The translations under genes and the position numbers were made by a program. The notes below the pieces were generated by a model. It worked only from the letters and a program-made list of their open reading frames with translations. It did not search any database and was not told where the DNA came from. A DNA stretch of 64,000 nt from an uncultured delta proteobacterium (lineage in GTDB: Bacteria; Desulfobacterota; Zymogenia; Zymogenales; Zymogenaceae): assembly GCA_963792965.1 (NCBI GenBank), contig CAWBYW010000009.1, positions 64,001 to 128,000 on the forward strand, written 5' to 3'. Shown in pieces: positions 40,947 to 51,436 of this stretch (position 1 is its first letter; every line of letters begins with the position of its first letter).

Positions 40947-42440
40947 ATGGTTCGACTCAGATACTTCTCTATTTTGCTCCTTGCCGTGCTGATTCTTTTG
41001 CCCGTGAGCGGCTTCGGGATCGACGTGGCCAAGGTACCCACCCAGGCCGAGATCACGGGGTGGATCGACACGCTCTGTACCCCGAATAACCGAAGGCCCG
41101 GCGAGGCCGGCGACCGCATGGCCGAGGATTTCATCTACCAGAAGTTCACCGAATTCGGCCTGAAAGACGTGAAGAAGGAGCCCGTCGATCTCACCGTCTG
41201 GCATGCGAACTCCTGGTCCCTTACGGCGGGCGATCAGAAAGTGCCGTCATTTTATGTCCTCAACACCGGCTTTACCCCGAAAGAGGGGATAACCGCCCAG
41301 CTTGTCTACCTCAAGAACGGGACCGTTGAGGACTTCAAGGCGGCCGACGTGAAGGGGAAGATCGCCGTGATCGACCTCGACTTCGGGATACTCCCGGCGC
41401 TCCCGCTGATCCTCATGGCATCCTACTACGTCTACGATCCCGGCCACACCTTCCTCTGGTGGGAGTGGCAGCCCACCACCTGGGTGAGGGAGAACTGGGA
41501 CGCAGAGCCCGCCAAGAAGGGTGTCGAGAACACGAAGAACGCCTATGACCTCGCCATAAAAAACGGCGCCGCGGGCCTCGTCTGGATATTGAAGGATCAG
41601 CCCACGAACATCAATTCCTACTATAGCCCCTACGAGGGTATCATGACCGAGCTTCCCGCCCTCTACGTGGGAAAGTACGACGGAAAAGAACTGAAAGAGC
41701 GACTCAAGAAGGAAACCCTGAAGGGCACAATGGTGCTCTTAGGGACCAAGACCCCCGGCATCATGCATGACGTCTACGGGGTGCTTCCCGGCAAATCCAA
41801 GGATAGCTTCCTCATCACCACCCACCACGATTCCCCGTTCAAGGGATACATCGAGGACGGCACCGGGGTGGGGATGATACTGAGCCTGGCAAAATATTTC
41901 TCCCGGATCCCGGAGAGCGAGCGGGAAAAGACGCTTATCTTCGTGGCGTCGGCGGGTCACTTCTACGGCTCCAAGGGCATGGAGTCCTGGATCAATACCC
42001 ACAAGAAGGATTACGTCAAGGATATCGTGCTCAACCTCAACATGGAACATATCGCCGCGAAGGAATTCGTGGAAAACAAACAAGGCAACTTCGAGTATTC
42101 GGGCAAGATGCAGACGCGGGGCATCTTCATCTACAACAATAATCACTATAAGCAGGCGATCGCCGAGGCGCTGAACGACACAAGGCTGGGGCGCTCCATC
42201 GTCGTCGCGATCACCGCGCTTGGCGAGGATCCACCGGGCGAGGGCATTTACTCCAACAGGGCCGGTATCCCGATCATCCACTACATCAGCGGGCCGACCT
42301 ACCTGCTGGTCGACGCGGACACAAGAGACAAGATAAATTTCGATGAGCTGGTCCCCGCGGCGAAGACCTTCATCGAGGTCATCGAAAAGCTTGCGCCCCT
42401 GTCCAGAGAAGAGCTCAGAAAGAAAGAGAAGGAGGAGTAG
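40947..42440 (+). CDS. Secreted PA-domain/M28-like peptidase
   Basis: Signal peptide; PA domain (ADVKGKIAVID); THHDS, EDGTG and NMEH metal-site motifs. Confidence 0.75.
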   Translation: MVRLRYFSILLLAVLILLPVSGFGIDVAKVPTQAEITGWIDTLCTPNNRRPGEAGDRMAEDFIYQKFTEFGLKDVKKEPVDLTVWHANSWSLTAGDQKVPSFYVLNTGFTPKEGITAQLVYLKNGTVEDFKAADVKGKIAVIDLDFGILPALPLILMASYYVYDPGHTFLWWEWQPTTWVRENWDAEPAKKGVENTKNAYDLAIKNGAAGLVWILKDQPTNINSYYSPYEGIMTELPALYVGKYDGKELKERLKKETLKGTMVLLGTKTPGIMHDVYGVLPGKSKDSFLITTHHDSPFKGYIEDGTGVGMILSLAKYFSRIPESEREKTLIFVASAGHFYGSKGMESWINTHKKDYVKDIVLNLNMEHIAAKEFVENKQGNFEYSGKMQTRGIFIYNNNHYKQAIAEALNDTRLGRSIVVAITALGEDPPGEGIYSNRAGIPIIHYISGPTYLLVDADTRDKINFDELVPAAKTFIEVIEKLAPLSREELRKKEKEE

Positions 42441-42443
42441 AAA

Positions 42444-42722
42444 ATGAAAAACAGAAAAGTGGTGAGCTTTCTGATCTCGCTGTTCTCCCCGATCCTCCCT
42501 ATCGCCGCCGTTCTCCTCATTGACCGAATCGAACAGGCGGCAGCTCTCCTCGTTGTCTCGGTCATCATCCTGGCCGTGGTGGTCTGCTCGGTGATTATGT
42601 TGTTGAAGACAAAGGAAAAATCGCCGGGGATGAAGATCATCGGGACGATCTGTGCCGTCCTCGGCATTCTGATCACGGTGATCGTCGGACTTATCGCCGG
42701 ATGGACGCTGACGAAGATATAG
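42444..42722 (+). CDS. Small three-TM membrane protein
   Basis: 92 aa, hydrophobic; GGAGG RBS within the end of the preceding gene. Confidence 0.65.
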   Translation: MKNRKVVSFLISLFSPILPIAAVLLIDRIEQAAALLVVSVIILAVVVCSVIMLLKTKEKSPGMKIIGTICAVLGILITVIVGLIAGWTLTKI

Positions 42723-42744
42723 TCCGGATAAAACGCCACATTGA

Positions 42745-42777
42745 GGGGGGAACCTCCCGGAGGTCCCCCCTTTCTTT
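42745..42777 (+). terminator. Intrinsic terminator
   Basis: GGGGGGAACCTCC...GGAGGTCCCCCC followed by TTTCTTT. Confidence 0.7.
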
Positions 42778-43196
42778 GTGGCACGCCGGTTAAGCCCGGA
42801 AGCCCGGCATCATCCTTTCACGCGCTTTTTGGCCTTATGCCTTCCACGAGAAACATCCGTCCGGCCTGGCCACGTGCCGGCACGACGTTTCATTGCTCCT
42901 TCCCCGTGCAACACGTCAGCAACTTGCCCGAAGCCGCTCCATGATGGGGCCCGTAAGGTGATCGTGGAGTAACCTGTTATTATTATCTATTCCGCACCAC
43001 GACAAAGAGGGAATCCGCGCGGACCCCCCGCGCCGCCCGTCGAACCATGACCGTTCATCTCTGCAACAGATCAACCAATCGTCACGTGAAAGGCCCCCTC
43101 GGCCCCCGAGACCCCCCAAAAAGGCCAAAAAAACGTGAAAACGGGGCAAAAGACGGCACAATCGGAGGTCTATACCCGGCCTGCCTCACGACTCTG

Positions 43197-43211
43197 TGGC
43201 ACGCGGATTGC
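43197..43211 (+). promoter_or_regulatory. sigma54 (-24/-12) promoter
   Basis: TGGCAC-GCGGA-TTGC, a full consensus match, 66 bp upstream of the 28-aa ORF. Confidence 0.75.
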
Positions 43212-43276
43212 TTAATAGAAGACAGAGAGAAAGTCAGAACGCGTTTTCAACAGCGCTCGTAATGGGGGGAAAGACG

Positions 43277-43363
43277 ATGAAAGATGACGACGTTGGAAGC
43301 TGGATCATGGTTGTTCTCATGCTTTTTTTAACGATGTATCTGTTATATATGACCGTCGCCTGA
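43277..43363 (+). CDS. 28-aa single-TM small protein, paralog 1 (MKDDDVGSWIMVVLMLFLTMYLLYMTVA)
   Basis: ATG...TGA; GGGGGA leader; 22/28 identical to 44462-44548, with mostly synonymous DNA differences. Confidence 0.8.
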   Translation: MKDDDVGSWIMVVLMLFLTMYLLYMTVA

Positions 43364-43527
43364 AGACGGCCGAACAAGGGAGTGAGTGGAAATCGAGTGG
43401 AGTTTTGATAGGCAAACCGGCCGCGGACTTCGCGCCGTCCTTTATCTCTCTCTTCTCACCTTCCGCTCATTGCATCCGGCAAAGTCGCGAGCGTTTCATT
43501 AGTAATTTTAGCCTGCGCGGTGGAACT

Positions 43528-44076
43528 ATGAAAGTCGGTGAGTTTAAATTCGACGAGCTCTTGAGCTTTGACCCTCATTGGGGACAAATCCTCTTCAAAG
43601 GCGAAGATTTACGCAGGATGAGCGCCGAGTCATTCGGAGACCTCCTCAATGAAACCATCGATATCGCCGGACCCAACATGGCCCGGGTATTGATGGAGCA
43701 CATCGGCCGCACCGCCGGAAAGAGCGACGCACACACGATCAGGGAAACGCGTCCCGCCGGGACCGATCTGGACTGGCTGGCCTTCGAGCCCACCATCCGT
43801 ACCTGGGAGGGAATCGTCGAAGGGGTCCCGGAGACCGTAGACATCGACCGGAGATCGGGAAGGTTTTACATCAAGGGGATCTGGAAGAACTCGTTCTTTG
43901 CCGAACAGTACGTCAGGCATTTCGGGAAGTCAAAAGACCCGGTCTGCTGGTTATTGAACGGATACGCCACGGGCTATGCGAGTGAGTTCTTCGGCGCCCA
44001 CCTTGTCGCGCGTGAGCTTACGTGCAGGGGAATGGGCGACGATGCCTGCCGCTTCGAGATCGCGCCCATGCAGTAG
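43528..44076 (+). CDS. Stand-alone XylR-N/V4R domain protein (DmpR/XylR A-domain-like)
   Basis: LSFDPHWGQILFKG, WEGIV, WKNSF, CWLLNGYATGYAS and ELTCRGMGDDACRF; ends without an AAA+ domain. Confidence 0.85.
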   Translation: MKVGEFKFDELLSFDPHWGQILFKGEDLRRMSAESFGDLLNETIDIAGPNMARVLMEHIGRTAGKSDAHTIRETRPAGTDLDWLAFEPTIRTWEGIVEGVPETVDIDRRSGRFYIKGIWKNSFFAEQYVRHFGKSKDPVCWLLNGYATGYASEFFGAHLVARELTCRGMGDDACRFEIAPMQ

Positions 44077-44461
44077 CACGCCCTCTCTCCGGCCGACGCG
44101 CATGGGGCCCCGCCTTCTATTCGGTATCGCCGTGGGGTCGGGGGCGGATTTCACGGCCTGGTGGAATCGAGACCCGAATCGACGCCCCCAAGGGGCATTG
44201 CGTCAGGAGCCGCACGATCCGTAGATCAAATACGTTCATGCCCGTTCCATAGAAAAGACGATTGCAAAAACCACCGTTACCCCGCACACGCGTGGCCCCA
44301 TACCGTATAAAAAAGGTTACGGACAAGGCAAAATTCTCCGCAAACAGAAGTTTACTGTTAGCTGCGTCACAGCTCAAGCGATAAGAGCTGTTAACATGGA
44401 TGATGAGAGATGAACCGAAATACCTATGGTTTCGATAGTGCGGAAAATGAGGAGACAAGCA

Positions 44462-44548
44462 ATGAAGTATGATGATGTCGGTAGTTGGCTTATGGTGATT
44501 ATTATGCTCTTCCTGACGATGTACCTCCTTTATATGACCATCTTCTAA
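44462..44548 (+). CDS. 28-aa single-TM small protein, paralog 2 (MKYDDVGSWLMVIIMLFLTMYLLYMTIF)
   Basis: GAGGAG RBS about 7 nt upstream; ATG...TAA; paralog of 43277-43363. Confidence 0.82.
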   Translation: MKYDDVGSWLMVIIMLFLTMYLLYMTIF

Positions 44549-44850
44549 TATCACTCGGAGAGCATTCGACGACGGACGACGACCACCGGATGTCTCCGCC
44601 ACCCCTCTCCACGCCCGCCACAACTTTCCTTCACGCATTTCAGAACGACGACACCTCGCCCGTAATTTTAGCCCGGCTGACCCTCTGCATTTTCGCCCCT
44701 GGCCCGTCCGGAAGACGCATGCGCTTACACTCGGGGGGGATAATCGTGGGCGGCGGTGGGGGCACACAGGCGAGATACCTTCGTAACCTTAGGGCGGGCC
44801 GGCTTCTCTTGAAGGAAGCCAACGGCGTGCTCAGGAAAGTTCTATCTTCT

Positions 44851-45265
44851 TTATTTCTTCTCCTTTACCGTTGCGATGGTGAGCTTCTCAAACCCCGCCC
44901 GTTTCGCGGCGTCCATGACGGACACGACCGCCCCATGCGTCGCGTCGGAGTCCGCCCGGATGACGATATTCCCGGAGGGATTCGTTTTTTTGAGCGCCGG
45001 TGAGCTTATCCAGAAGAGTATCCGGAGTATAGGCCTGGTCTTCCATCATGATCTCGTTTTGCCTCGTCACCACCACGACCACCTCCTCGCCCGGTTTTGG
45101 GAGCTCTTCCACGGCGGATTTGGGCAGCTCCACCTTGAGGCCGGACGGATGGACAAAGGTCGTGGAAAGGACGAAGAATATGATAAGGTTGAGCACCACA
45201 TCGATAAGAGAGGTCAGGTTAATAAATACCTCTCCCTGCGATTTTGCCTTTTTCCTGAAGTTCAT
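44851..45265 (-). CDS. exbD: ExbD/TolR biopolymer transport protein (frameshift near 44995)
   Basis: INLTSLIDVVLNLIIFF; after the shift IVIRADSDATHGAVVSVMDAAKRAGFEKLTIAT, ending at TAA 44851. Confidence 0.85.
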
Positions 45266-45274
45266 GCCCCCCCC

Positions 45275-45892
45275 TTACTGGTCTCCCTTGATGATATCTA
45301 CCAGCCCGATGGAATACTGCTGCATATCCAGCACGAGGTCCTTGACCTTGCCCAACAGGTAGTGATAACCGATGAGCGCGGGGATTGCAACGGTGAGGCC
45401 GCTGGCGGTGGTGATGAGCGCCACCGAGATGCCCCCGGCAAGCTGGGACGGATCGGCGACATTACCTCCCACGACCTTTTCAAAAACCTGGATCATCCCC
45501 TGGACGGTTCCCAATAGCCCCAGAAGCGGGCTGACCTGGGCGATCACCGAGAGGACTCCCACGTATTTCTCGATATACTCCGCCTCCTGTCCCCCGACCT
45601 CCTCGACGGCGACCTTGATGGCGTCCCGTTTCTTTCCGTAGTTGTTCATCGCGGCCTGAAAGATCCGCCCCATGGGGGAGCGATCACGCTCGAGGAGTAC
45701 CGTCACGTCGTCTATTCGGTTCTGTTTGAGCAGCACCTCCACATCTCTCAGAAGATCGTCCGGGATGATCCTCTTCCTCCTGAGGAAGAAGATCCTCTCA
45801 AGGAAGACCCCGAGGGCAACCACGGAGCACAGGATAATCGGGATCATCAACACCCCGCCGCTGATGATAAAATCAAGGAAACTCTTCATCAT
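45275..45892 (-). CDS. exbB: MotA/TolQ/ExbB proton channel protein
   Basis: SPLLGLLGTVQGMI and GISVALITTASGL. Confidence 0.9.
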   Translation of the reverse strand: MMKSFLDFIISGGVLMIPIILCSVVALGVFLERIFFLRRKRIIPDDLLRDVEVLLKQNRIDDVTVLLERDRSPMGRIFQAAMNNYGKKRDAIKVAVEEVGGQEAEYIEKYVGVLSVIAQVSPLLGLLGTVQGMIQVFEKVVGGNVADPSQLAGGISVALITTASGLTVAIPALIGYHYLLGKVKDLVLDMQQYSIGLVDIIKGDQ

Positions 45893-45899
45893 TGCTCCC

Positions 45900-47165
45900 C
45901 TATTTATTCAACAGGTCTTTGACCCGGACCACTTCCACCTCGGAGCCGGCCAGCCTCTTTTCCATCTCTTTGAGGGCCTGGATTGTCTCCGGACGGGGAT
46001 GGCAGATGGCAAGGGCCTTCCCGTTCTTTTTTGCCTTCTTGATGAGCTCATCGATCCTCATCTTGATCTTTTCTACGTCCGATTCGTTATCCAGGAAGAC
46101 GTCTCGCTCAAGCGCGGCCACGCCGAGATTCCTGGCAAGATCGTAAGCGATGGATTTTGAGGTCGTCCTCGAATCGACGAAGAAGAGCTGCCTTTCCTTT
46201 ATTTTCAAAAGGACGATCTTCATTTTCTCCCGGTCCTGGGTGAGGAGGGAGCCCATATGGTTATTGACTCCGCTGATATACGGGACCCCGTCGAGGTCGC
46301 CGGCCAGCGTGTTAACGAATTCTTCATCGCCCATAAAGACGAAAAGGCCCCCCGGCCCGGGATTATACTTCGGGTAGTCGATGGGCTCCATCGGGAGATG
46401 GAGCATCACCTCTCTCCCCTTTCCATGCGCCCGCTTTGCCACCTCGGCCGTATAGCTGTAATGGGGGAAGACCGAAAAGGTGACGGGATATTTCAGGGCC
46501 AATAGGTCTGTGACGAAGTTCTTATTGGGCCCCATGTCGTCGATGATAATGGCCACCCTCGGGAGGACTCGATGGGGGGGGACCGGTGTCGGGGGCTTGG
46601 TGGAGACAAAGGTGAGGCTCCGGATCGGCACCCCGTAGGCATAGACGGTCATCTCGAAGCCGCTCTCTATAACCTCGCCCGATTCCTCCCTGAGAACGCC
46701 CGGATACCCTCCGACATACCCGGAGAGGTACTCTCTGATCTTCTCCGCCCTCAGTCCCTCGGGGATCGTATAGCGCTCCCCGATCTCCGTGTACCCAATA
46801 CCACCCTCCCGGCGGGCGGTCTCTTGTCGATCGGCGAGAGAATCGGCGCCGATCCCGAGGTCCGCGATCGCTCCCGTGATGTCTTCATTGAGGATCGCGA
46901 TCCTACGCGAGATCTCGTCCTTCCCGAGGGGCAAGCGGACAGCATTTGGAACGGCAGGGGAGGAAGGGAGCTCCCCCCCTCCCCTTTTGCCGATCGCGTA
47001 CATCAATAATAAAACGGCACAGGTCAACACGAGAAGAAGAAAGGCGGAAAAGATAAGATATCGTCGTGTGCGAAACCGGGGCGATTTCCTCTTCGCCGAA
47101 CGGATGGCCGCTCTCGATGATCCTCCTCTTCCCCTCCCGGTTTTATCTGCCATAGTCATCGGCAT
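45900..47165 (-). CDS. Divergent polysaccharide deacetylase (YibQ-like)
   Basis: AIIIDDMG, HLPMEP, NNHMGS, FVDSRT, RDVFLD and ICHP. Confidence 0.9.
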   Translation of the reverse strand: MPMTMADKTGRGRGGSSRAAIRSAKRKSPRFRTRRYLIFSAFLLLVLTCAVLLLMYAIGKRGGGELPSSPAVPNAVRLPLGKDEISRRIAILNEDITGAIADLGIGADSLADRQETARREGGIGYTEIGERYTIPEGLRAEKIREYLSGYVGGYPGVLREESGEVIESGFEMTVYAYGVPIRSLTFVSTKPPTPVPPHRVLPRVAIIIDDMGPNKNFVTDLLALKYPVTFSVFPHYSYTAEVAKRAHGKGREVMLHLPMEPIDYPKYNPGPGGLFVFMGDEEFVNTLAGDLDGVPYISGVNNHMGSLLTQDREKMKIVLLKIKERQLFFVDSRTTSKSIAYDLARNLGVAALERDVFLDNESDVEKIKMRIDELIKKAKKNGKALAICHPRPETIQALKEMEKRLAGSEVEVVRVKDLLNK

Positions 47166-47287
47166 CGGCTCGAAGTTCGTTCTTTTTGCATGTCTTGTCG
47201 CCTGTAAGGCGTCCGTCCGTGCGCCCGGCCGGCGTCCCGGTGATCGTCCCGGATAGGTGCCGCGCCGAGACGCACGGTGCCGTCGCC

Positions 47288-48533
47288 CTATTTGCCAATA
47301 ATCCCTTTATACTTGTTCCAGTTGAGGATGACTTCTTTGGCCTTATCGAGCTGGATATCCGGTTTTTTCGCCGTCTCAGGTGCGACCGGAAGCTCTCCGC
47401 CGTTGGTCCCCTCTCCAGTGTCCTTGACCTCGACGATGATGTCCGGGATAATCCCCTTGCCGTCGATGGAAGTGCCGTTCGGCGTATAGTACTTGGCGGT
47501 CGTGAGCTTGAGGCCCGATCCGTCCGGGAGCGGTATGATCGTCTGCACCGATCCCTTGCCGTAGGTCTTCTCGCCGATGAGGATGGCCCGTTTGCGATCC
47601 TTCAGCGCCCCCGAGACAATCTCCGACGCGCTGGCGCTGCCGCCGTTAACCAGGACGACCATAGGGATGTCAGCCGGCAGTGTCGAGTCCTTTTTCGCGG
47701 TAAAGGTCATGTCGCTCCCCGCAACCCGTCCCTTGGTGGAGACGATGATGCCCTCATCGATGAAGAAATTGGCGACCTCAACCGATTGCACCAACAACCC
47801 GCCTGGGTCGTTTCTGAGATCGAGGATGATGCCCCTGATGTTGCCGTTGGTCTTCTTGACGATCTCATCCAGCGCAGCCCGGGTATCCTCTCCCGTCCGT
47901 TCCTGGAACTGGGTGATCCGCAGATAAGCGACATTGTTGTCGTATATCTCATATTTGACGCTCTTGATGTTGATGACCTCGCGGGTGATGAGATAGTCCC
48001 TGGGCTTCGTCAACCCCTTTCGAATGATCGAGATGGTCACCTTCGTGCCGGCCGGTCCCCGGAGCTTCTTCACGGCATCTATGAGCGACATCCCGTCGGT
48101 CGGGCTTACCCTCGATCGAGACGATCTTGTCGCCCGCCTTCAGGCCCATCCGCCATGCCGGCGTGTCCTCGATCGGCGAGATGATGCCGGGGTAGCCGTC
48201 GATGATGCCCAGCTCTATCCCGAGCCCCCCGAAGCTCCCCGACGTCTCCACCTGGAATTCCTTATATTCGTCCGGGGTAAAGAAGGCGCTGTGGGGATCC
48301 AAAGAAGAGACCATCCCCCTGATGGCGCCGGTGATCAGCGTGTTGACGTCAACCGGGTCGACGTAGTTCTCCTTGATAAGGTTCAGTACGTCGATGAACT
48401 GCTCGAGATCCTTGTAGCTGTTGGCCGGAGTGGCCGCCAACACCCTATCCAATCCCTTTCCCACCGAGATCCCGACAAGAAAGATCAGGGCGCAGACGAT
48501 GATGACCCTGACCCTGCCGTTTTTTCCTGACAT
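47288..48533 (-). CDS. ctpA: S41 carboxyl-terminal protease (frameshift near 48100)
   Basis: LDPHS and FGGLGI (PDZ); DLRNDPGG, SASASEI and KTYGKGSVQ. Confidence 0.9.
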
Positions 48534-48580
48534 TGTTTTATCTCCTTTTTGTGATTAACGGCCGTACGCGGACACATCCC

Positions 48581-49800
48581 TCATTTCCGCGCAAGCCAGT
48601 TTTCCGGATCGGTTGTGTCGCCGTGATGGCGTACCTCAAAATAGAGCATGGCCCCTTTCAAAGACCCGGTATCGCCCACCGTAGCGATCTTCTCCCTGGA
48701 CGCGACCCTGTCACCGACCTTTTTGAGAAGATCCTTTGCGTGGGCGTAGACCGTGTAGTAGTTGTCTCCGTGATCGATGATGATAAGGTTACCGTAGCCC
48801 GAGAAATAGTCCGCATAGATGACCTGTCCGTCCGCCACGGCGATGATCGGGCTGCCGGTGGGCGCCTGAATCTCTATCCCCTTGTTGTATATCGGGTTGT
48901 CGTATTTCGGGTCTCTGCCCCTGCCGTATTTCGTAATGATAGCGCCCGACGCCGGGTACGGGAGTCTTCCTCTCAGGCCGGCAAAATACCCGCCCGGAAG
49001 GGGTCGACACATGTTCCGTCGTCGGGGCCTTCTTTTCTTTCCTTTCTTTCTCCTGTTGTTCCCGTTCCCTGTTCTCCTTTTCTATCTGCAGCGTCTCGAT
49101 GAGGGAGGTAAGCTTCTTTTCGGCCGTCTCGAGCTCCAGGAGCGCCTGTTCGTATGACGACTTCTCCACCCTGATGCCGTTCAGATAGTCCGTCCTCTTT
49201 TCCTTTTCTTCCAAGAGGTCGAGGGTCTTCTTATCGGCGTTATCCTTCAGCAGGGAAAGGGTGTTCTTCTTTACCTTCAGGTCACGCACGTTCTCCTTCA
49301 GGACAGCGAGATCCGCCCTGAAGGAGGCAAAGAGGACCCGATCGGAATAGATAACGGCCGACAGATATTTCCCCCTGCGCTGAAGATCATCGGTGCTTTT
49401 CGAGCTAAAGAGGACGGGCAAATATCCGGTTCCCCCAAGCTTATAGAGGCTGACGAGCCTCTTGGAGATGTCCGCACTGCTTTGTCTCGAGTTTTTTCGT
49501 CAAATCGGCAATCCGAGCTTCAAGTCCCTCGATGTCGATGTTTGTCGTGTCAATCTCACGACTGATGGAAACGAGCTCCTTTTCCTTGCCGGAGAGTCTG
49601 TTGTCCATCTCCGAGAGTTGCGTCAGGATCGATTTCTCTTCCCGTGAGGCATCATCGATCTTCTTGTGCTTCTCCTGGATCTCCTCCTTTATGGTGGAGA
49701 GCTCTTTCTGCTTCTCCCCGATCTCCTGGGCAACTCCCCCGAGGGGGATACAGACAATGACAAACGCGAGGGCGGCTGCTGCTTTTGCCCACGGCCTCAT
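48581..49800 (-). CDS. envC: EnvC-like murein hydrolase activator, coiled coil plus M23 (two frameshifts, ~49470 and ~49010)
   Basis: Signal peptide and coiled coil in ORFs 49441-49800 and 48789-49421; M23 domain (NKGIEI, IDHG, LYFEVR) in 48581-49012; follows ftsX. Confidence 0.85.
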
Positions 49801-49801
49801 A

Positions 49802-50701
49802 CTATGCCTTTAATAATCTCCCGAACGAAAAGAGACTCCCCATAACTCCGATGACCACGCCGCCGAGGATGATGGAGACCACGACAGCGGGCGAGAAAAA
49901 TACGAGTTTCTCGGTGCCAAACAGAAGGCTCATCCCCTGGTAATAGTGTCTCATAAAATAGTCAAATAGGAAAGAGAGCCCGACAAGGGCGACAGCGGAG
50001 CCCAAAAGCCCGACGATCATTCCTTCCATAACGATCGGTATCTTGATGAAGGCGTCGGTCGCACCCACGAGCTTCATGATCTCGATCTCCTGTCTGCGGG
50101 AGAGGATGATGAGCCTGAGCGTATTGGAGATGATCGCGACGGCCGAAAGCGACAGCATCATCCCCGCGGCAACCCCCGCCGCCCTCACCAGCCGGACGAA
50201 CTCGTGAAACCTCGAAAGCCACTCCTGGGCATAGGCCACATCCTCGACGCCGGTCATGCGCCCGATCTTATCGGCCACGAGCTTCACGTCTTCGGGTGAC
50301 CGGGATTCCTCCTTGAGCGTCACCTCAAACGAGGCCGGCAGGGGGTTGCTCTCCAGCCCCTCCAGGACGTCGGCCTGTTCCTGAAACGACTCCCTGAGAT
50401 AGGCCAGCGCCTCGTCCTTGGAGACGTAGGAGACGTCCCGGACCTCCTTTATGGAAAGGATCGCGTTCCTCACCTCTTCGGTGGCGTCCTTTGAGATAAA
50501 ATCGGAAAGGTACACGGTGACGTGGACTTTTTCACCGATGCCCGAAAGGATCCCCGTGAGGTTGACGAAAAACAGGAGATACGCGCAGAAAATGAAGACG
50601 GCGACGGCGATCGTCGAGGCCGCCAGGAGGTTGACAAAGGGGTACGCCTTGATATTCGAGAGTGATTTCCTGGTAAAGTAGGACAGCCTTTGAAGGAACA
50701 T
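49802..50701 (-). CDS. ftsX: Cell division permease FtsX
   Basis: NPLPASF, ISNTLRL and EIEIMKLVGAT. Confidence 0.93.
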   Translation of the reverse strand: MFLQRLSYFTRKSLSNIKAYPFVNLLAASTIAVAVFIFCAYLLFFVNLTGILSGIGEKVHVTVYLSDFISKDATEEVRNAILSIKEVRDVSYVSKDEALAYLRESFQEQADVLEGLESNPLPASFEVTLKEESRSPEDVKLVADKIGRMTGVEDVAYAQEWLSRFHEFVRLVRAAGVAAGMMLSLSAVAIISNTLRLIILSRRQEIEIMKLVGATDAFIKIPIVMEGMIVGLLGSAVALVGLSFLFDYFMRHYYQGMSLLFGTEKLVFFSPAVVVSIILGGVVIGVMGSLFSFGRLLKA

Positions 50702-51355
50702 TCAGTTTATGATCCTTCCCCCGTTCAGGGAGATGAGCCGTTTATGAAACCGCTCGACGATATCCTTGTTATGGGTGGCCATGATGACGGTGGCCCCGCG
50801 CTTGTGGATGTAGTCCATGAGCCTGATGATGTCGAGCGTGAGCTCCGAGTCGAGGTTGCCCGTCGGCTCGTCGGCGATCAGGATCGGCGGCTCGTTGGCG
50901 ACGGCGCGCGCGATGGCCACCCGCTGCTGCTGGCCTCCGGAGAGCTCGAGGGGCTTCGCGTCGTACTTATCCTCGATGCCGACGAACTTGAGGACCCGCG
51001 TGACCTGTTTCTTGATCTCTCTGTTCGGCATCCCCATGACTTCAAGGGGGAAGGCGATATTCTCGAAGACGCTCACCGTATTGATGAGCTTGAAGTCCTG
51101 GAAGACCACGCCCACCGCCCGCCTGAGGTAGGGAATCTTACGCTCTTTGATGGTGCTGACGTTGACCCCGTTGATGAAGACCTGCCCCTTGGTGGCCCGC
51201 TCGGCGAGATAGAGAAGCTTGAGGAGGGTGGTCTTGCCCGCGCCCGAGGGACCCGTCAGGAAGACGAATTCACCCCGCGCGATGGAGAGCGTGATATCGG
51301 AAAGGGCGTCCGTTCCCGTCCCGTAGGTCTTATAGACATGGTGAAGACGGATCAT
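50702..51355 (-). CDS. ftsE: Cell division ATP-binding protein FtsE
   Basis: [24 protein letters not shown] and ADEPTGNLD. Confidence 0.93.
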   Translation of the reverse strand: MIRLHHVYKTYGTGTDALSDITLSIARGEFVFLTGPSGAGKTTLLKLLYLAERATKGQVFINGVNVSTIKERKIPYLRRAVGVVFQDFKLINTVSVFENIAFPLEVMGMPNREIKKQVTRVLKFVGIEDKYDAKPLELSGGQQQRVAIARAVANEPPILIADEPTGNLDSELTLDIIRLMDYIHKRGATVIMATHNKDIVERFHKRLISLNGGRIIN

Positions 51356-51436
51356 CCGACCGCGTATCCCTTAAAAAAAGAATCATTATCCGAAAGACAC
51401 CGGCCTACTGTCTCGGAAATGATTCTTTTCGATCCA

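Noticed and set aside
42778-42792. TGGCAC-GCCGG-TTAA, a possible fourth sigma54 site
   Set aside because: Lacks the -12 GC and directly follows a terminator.
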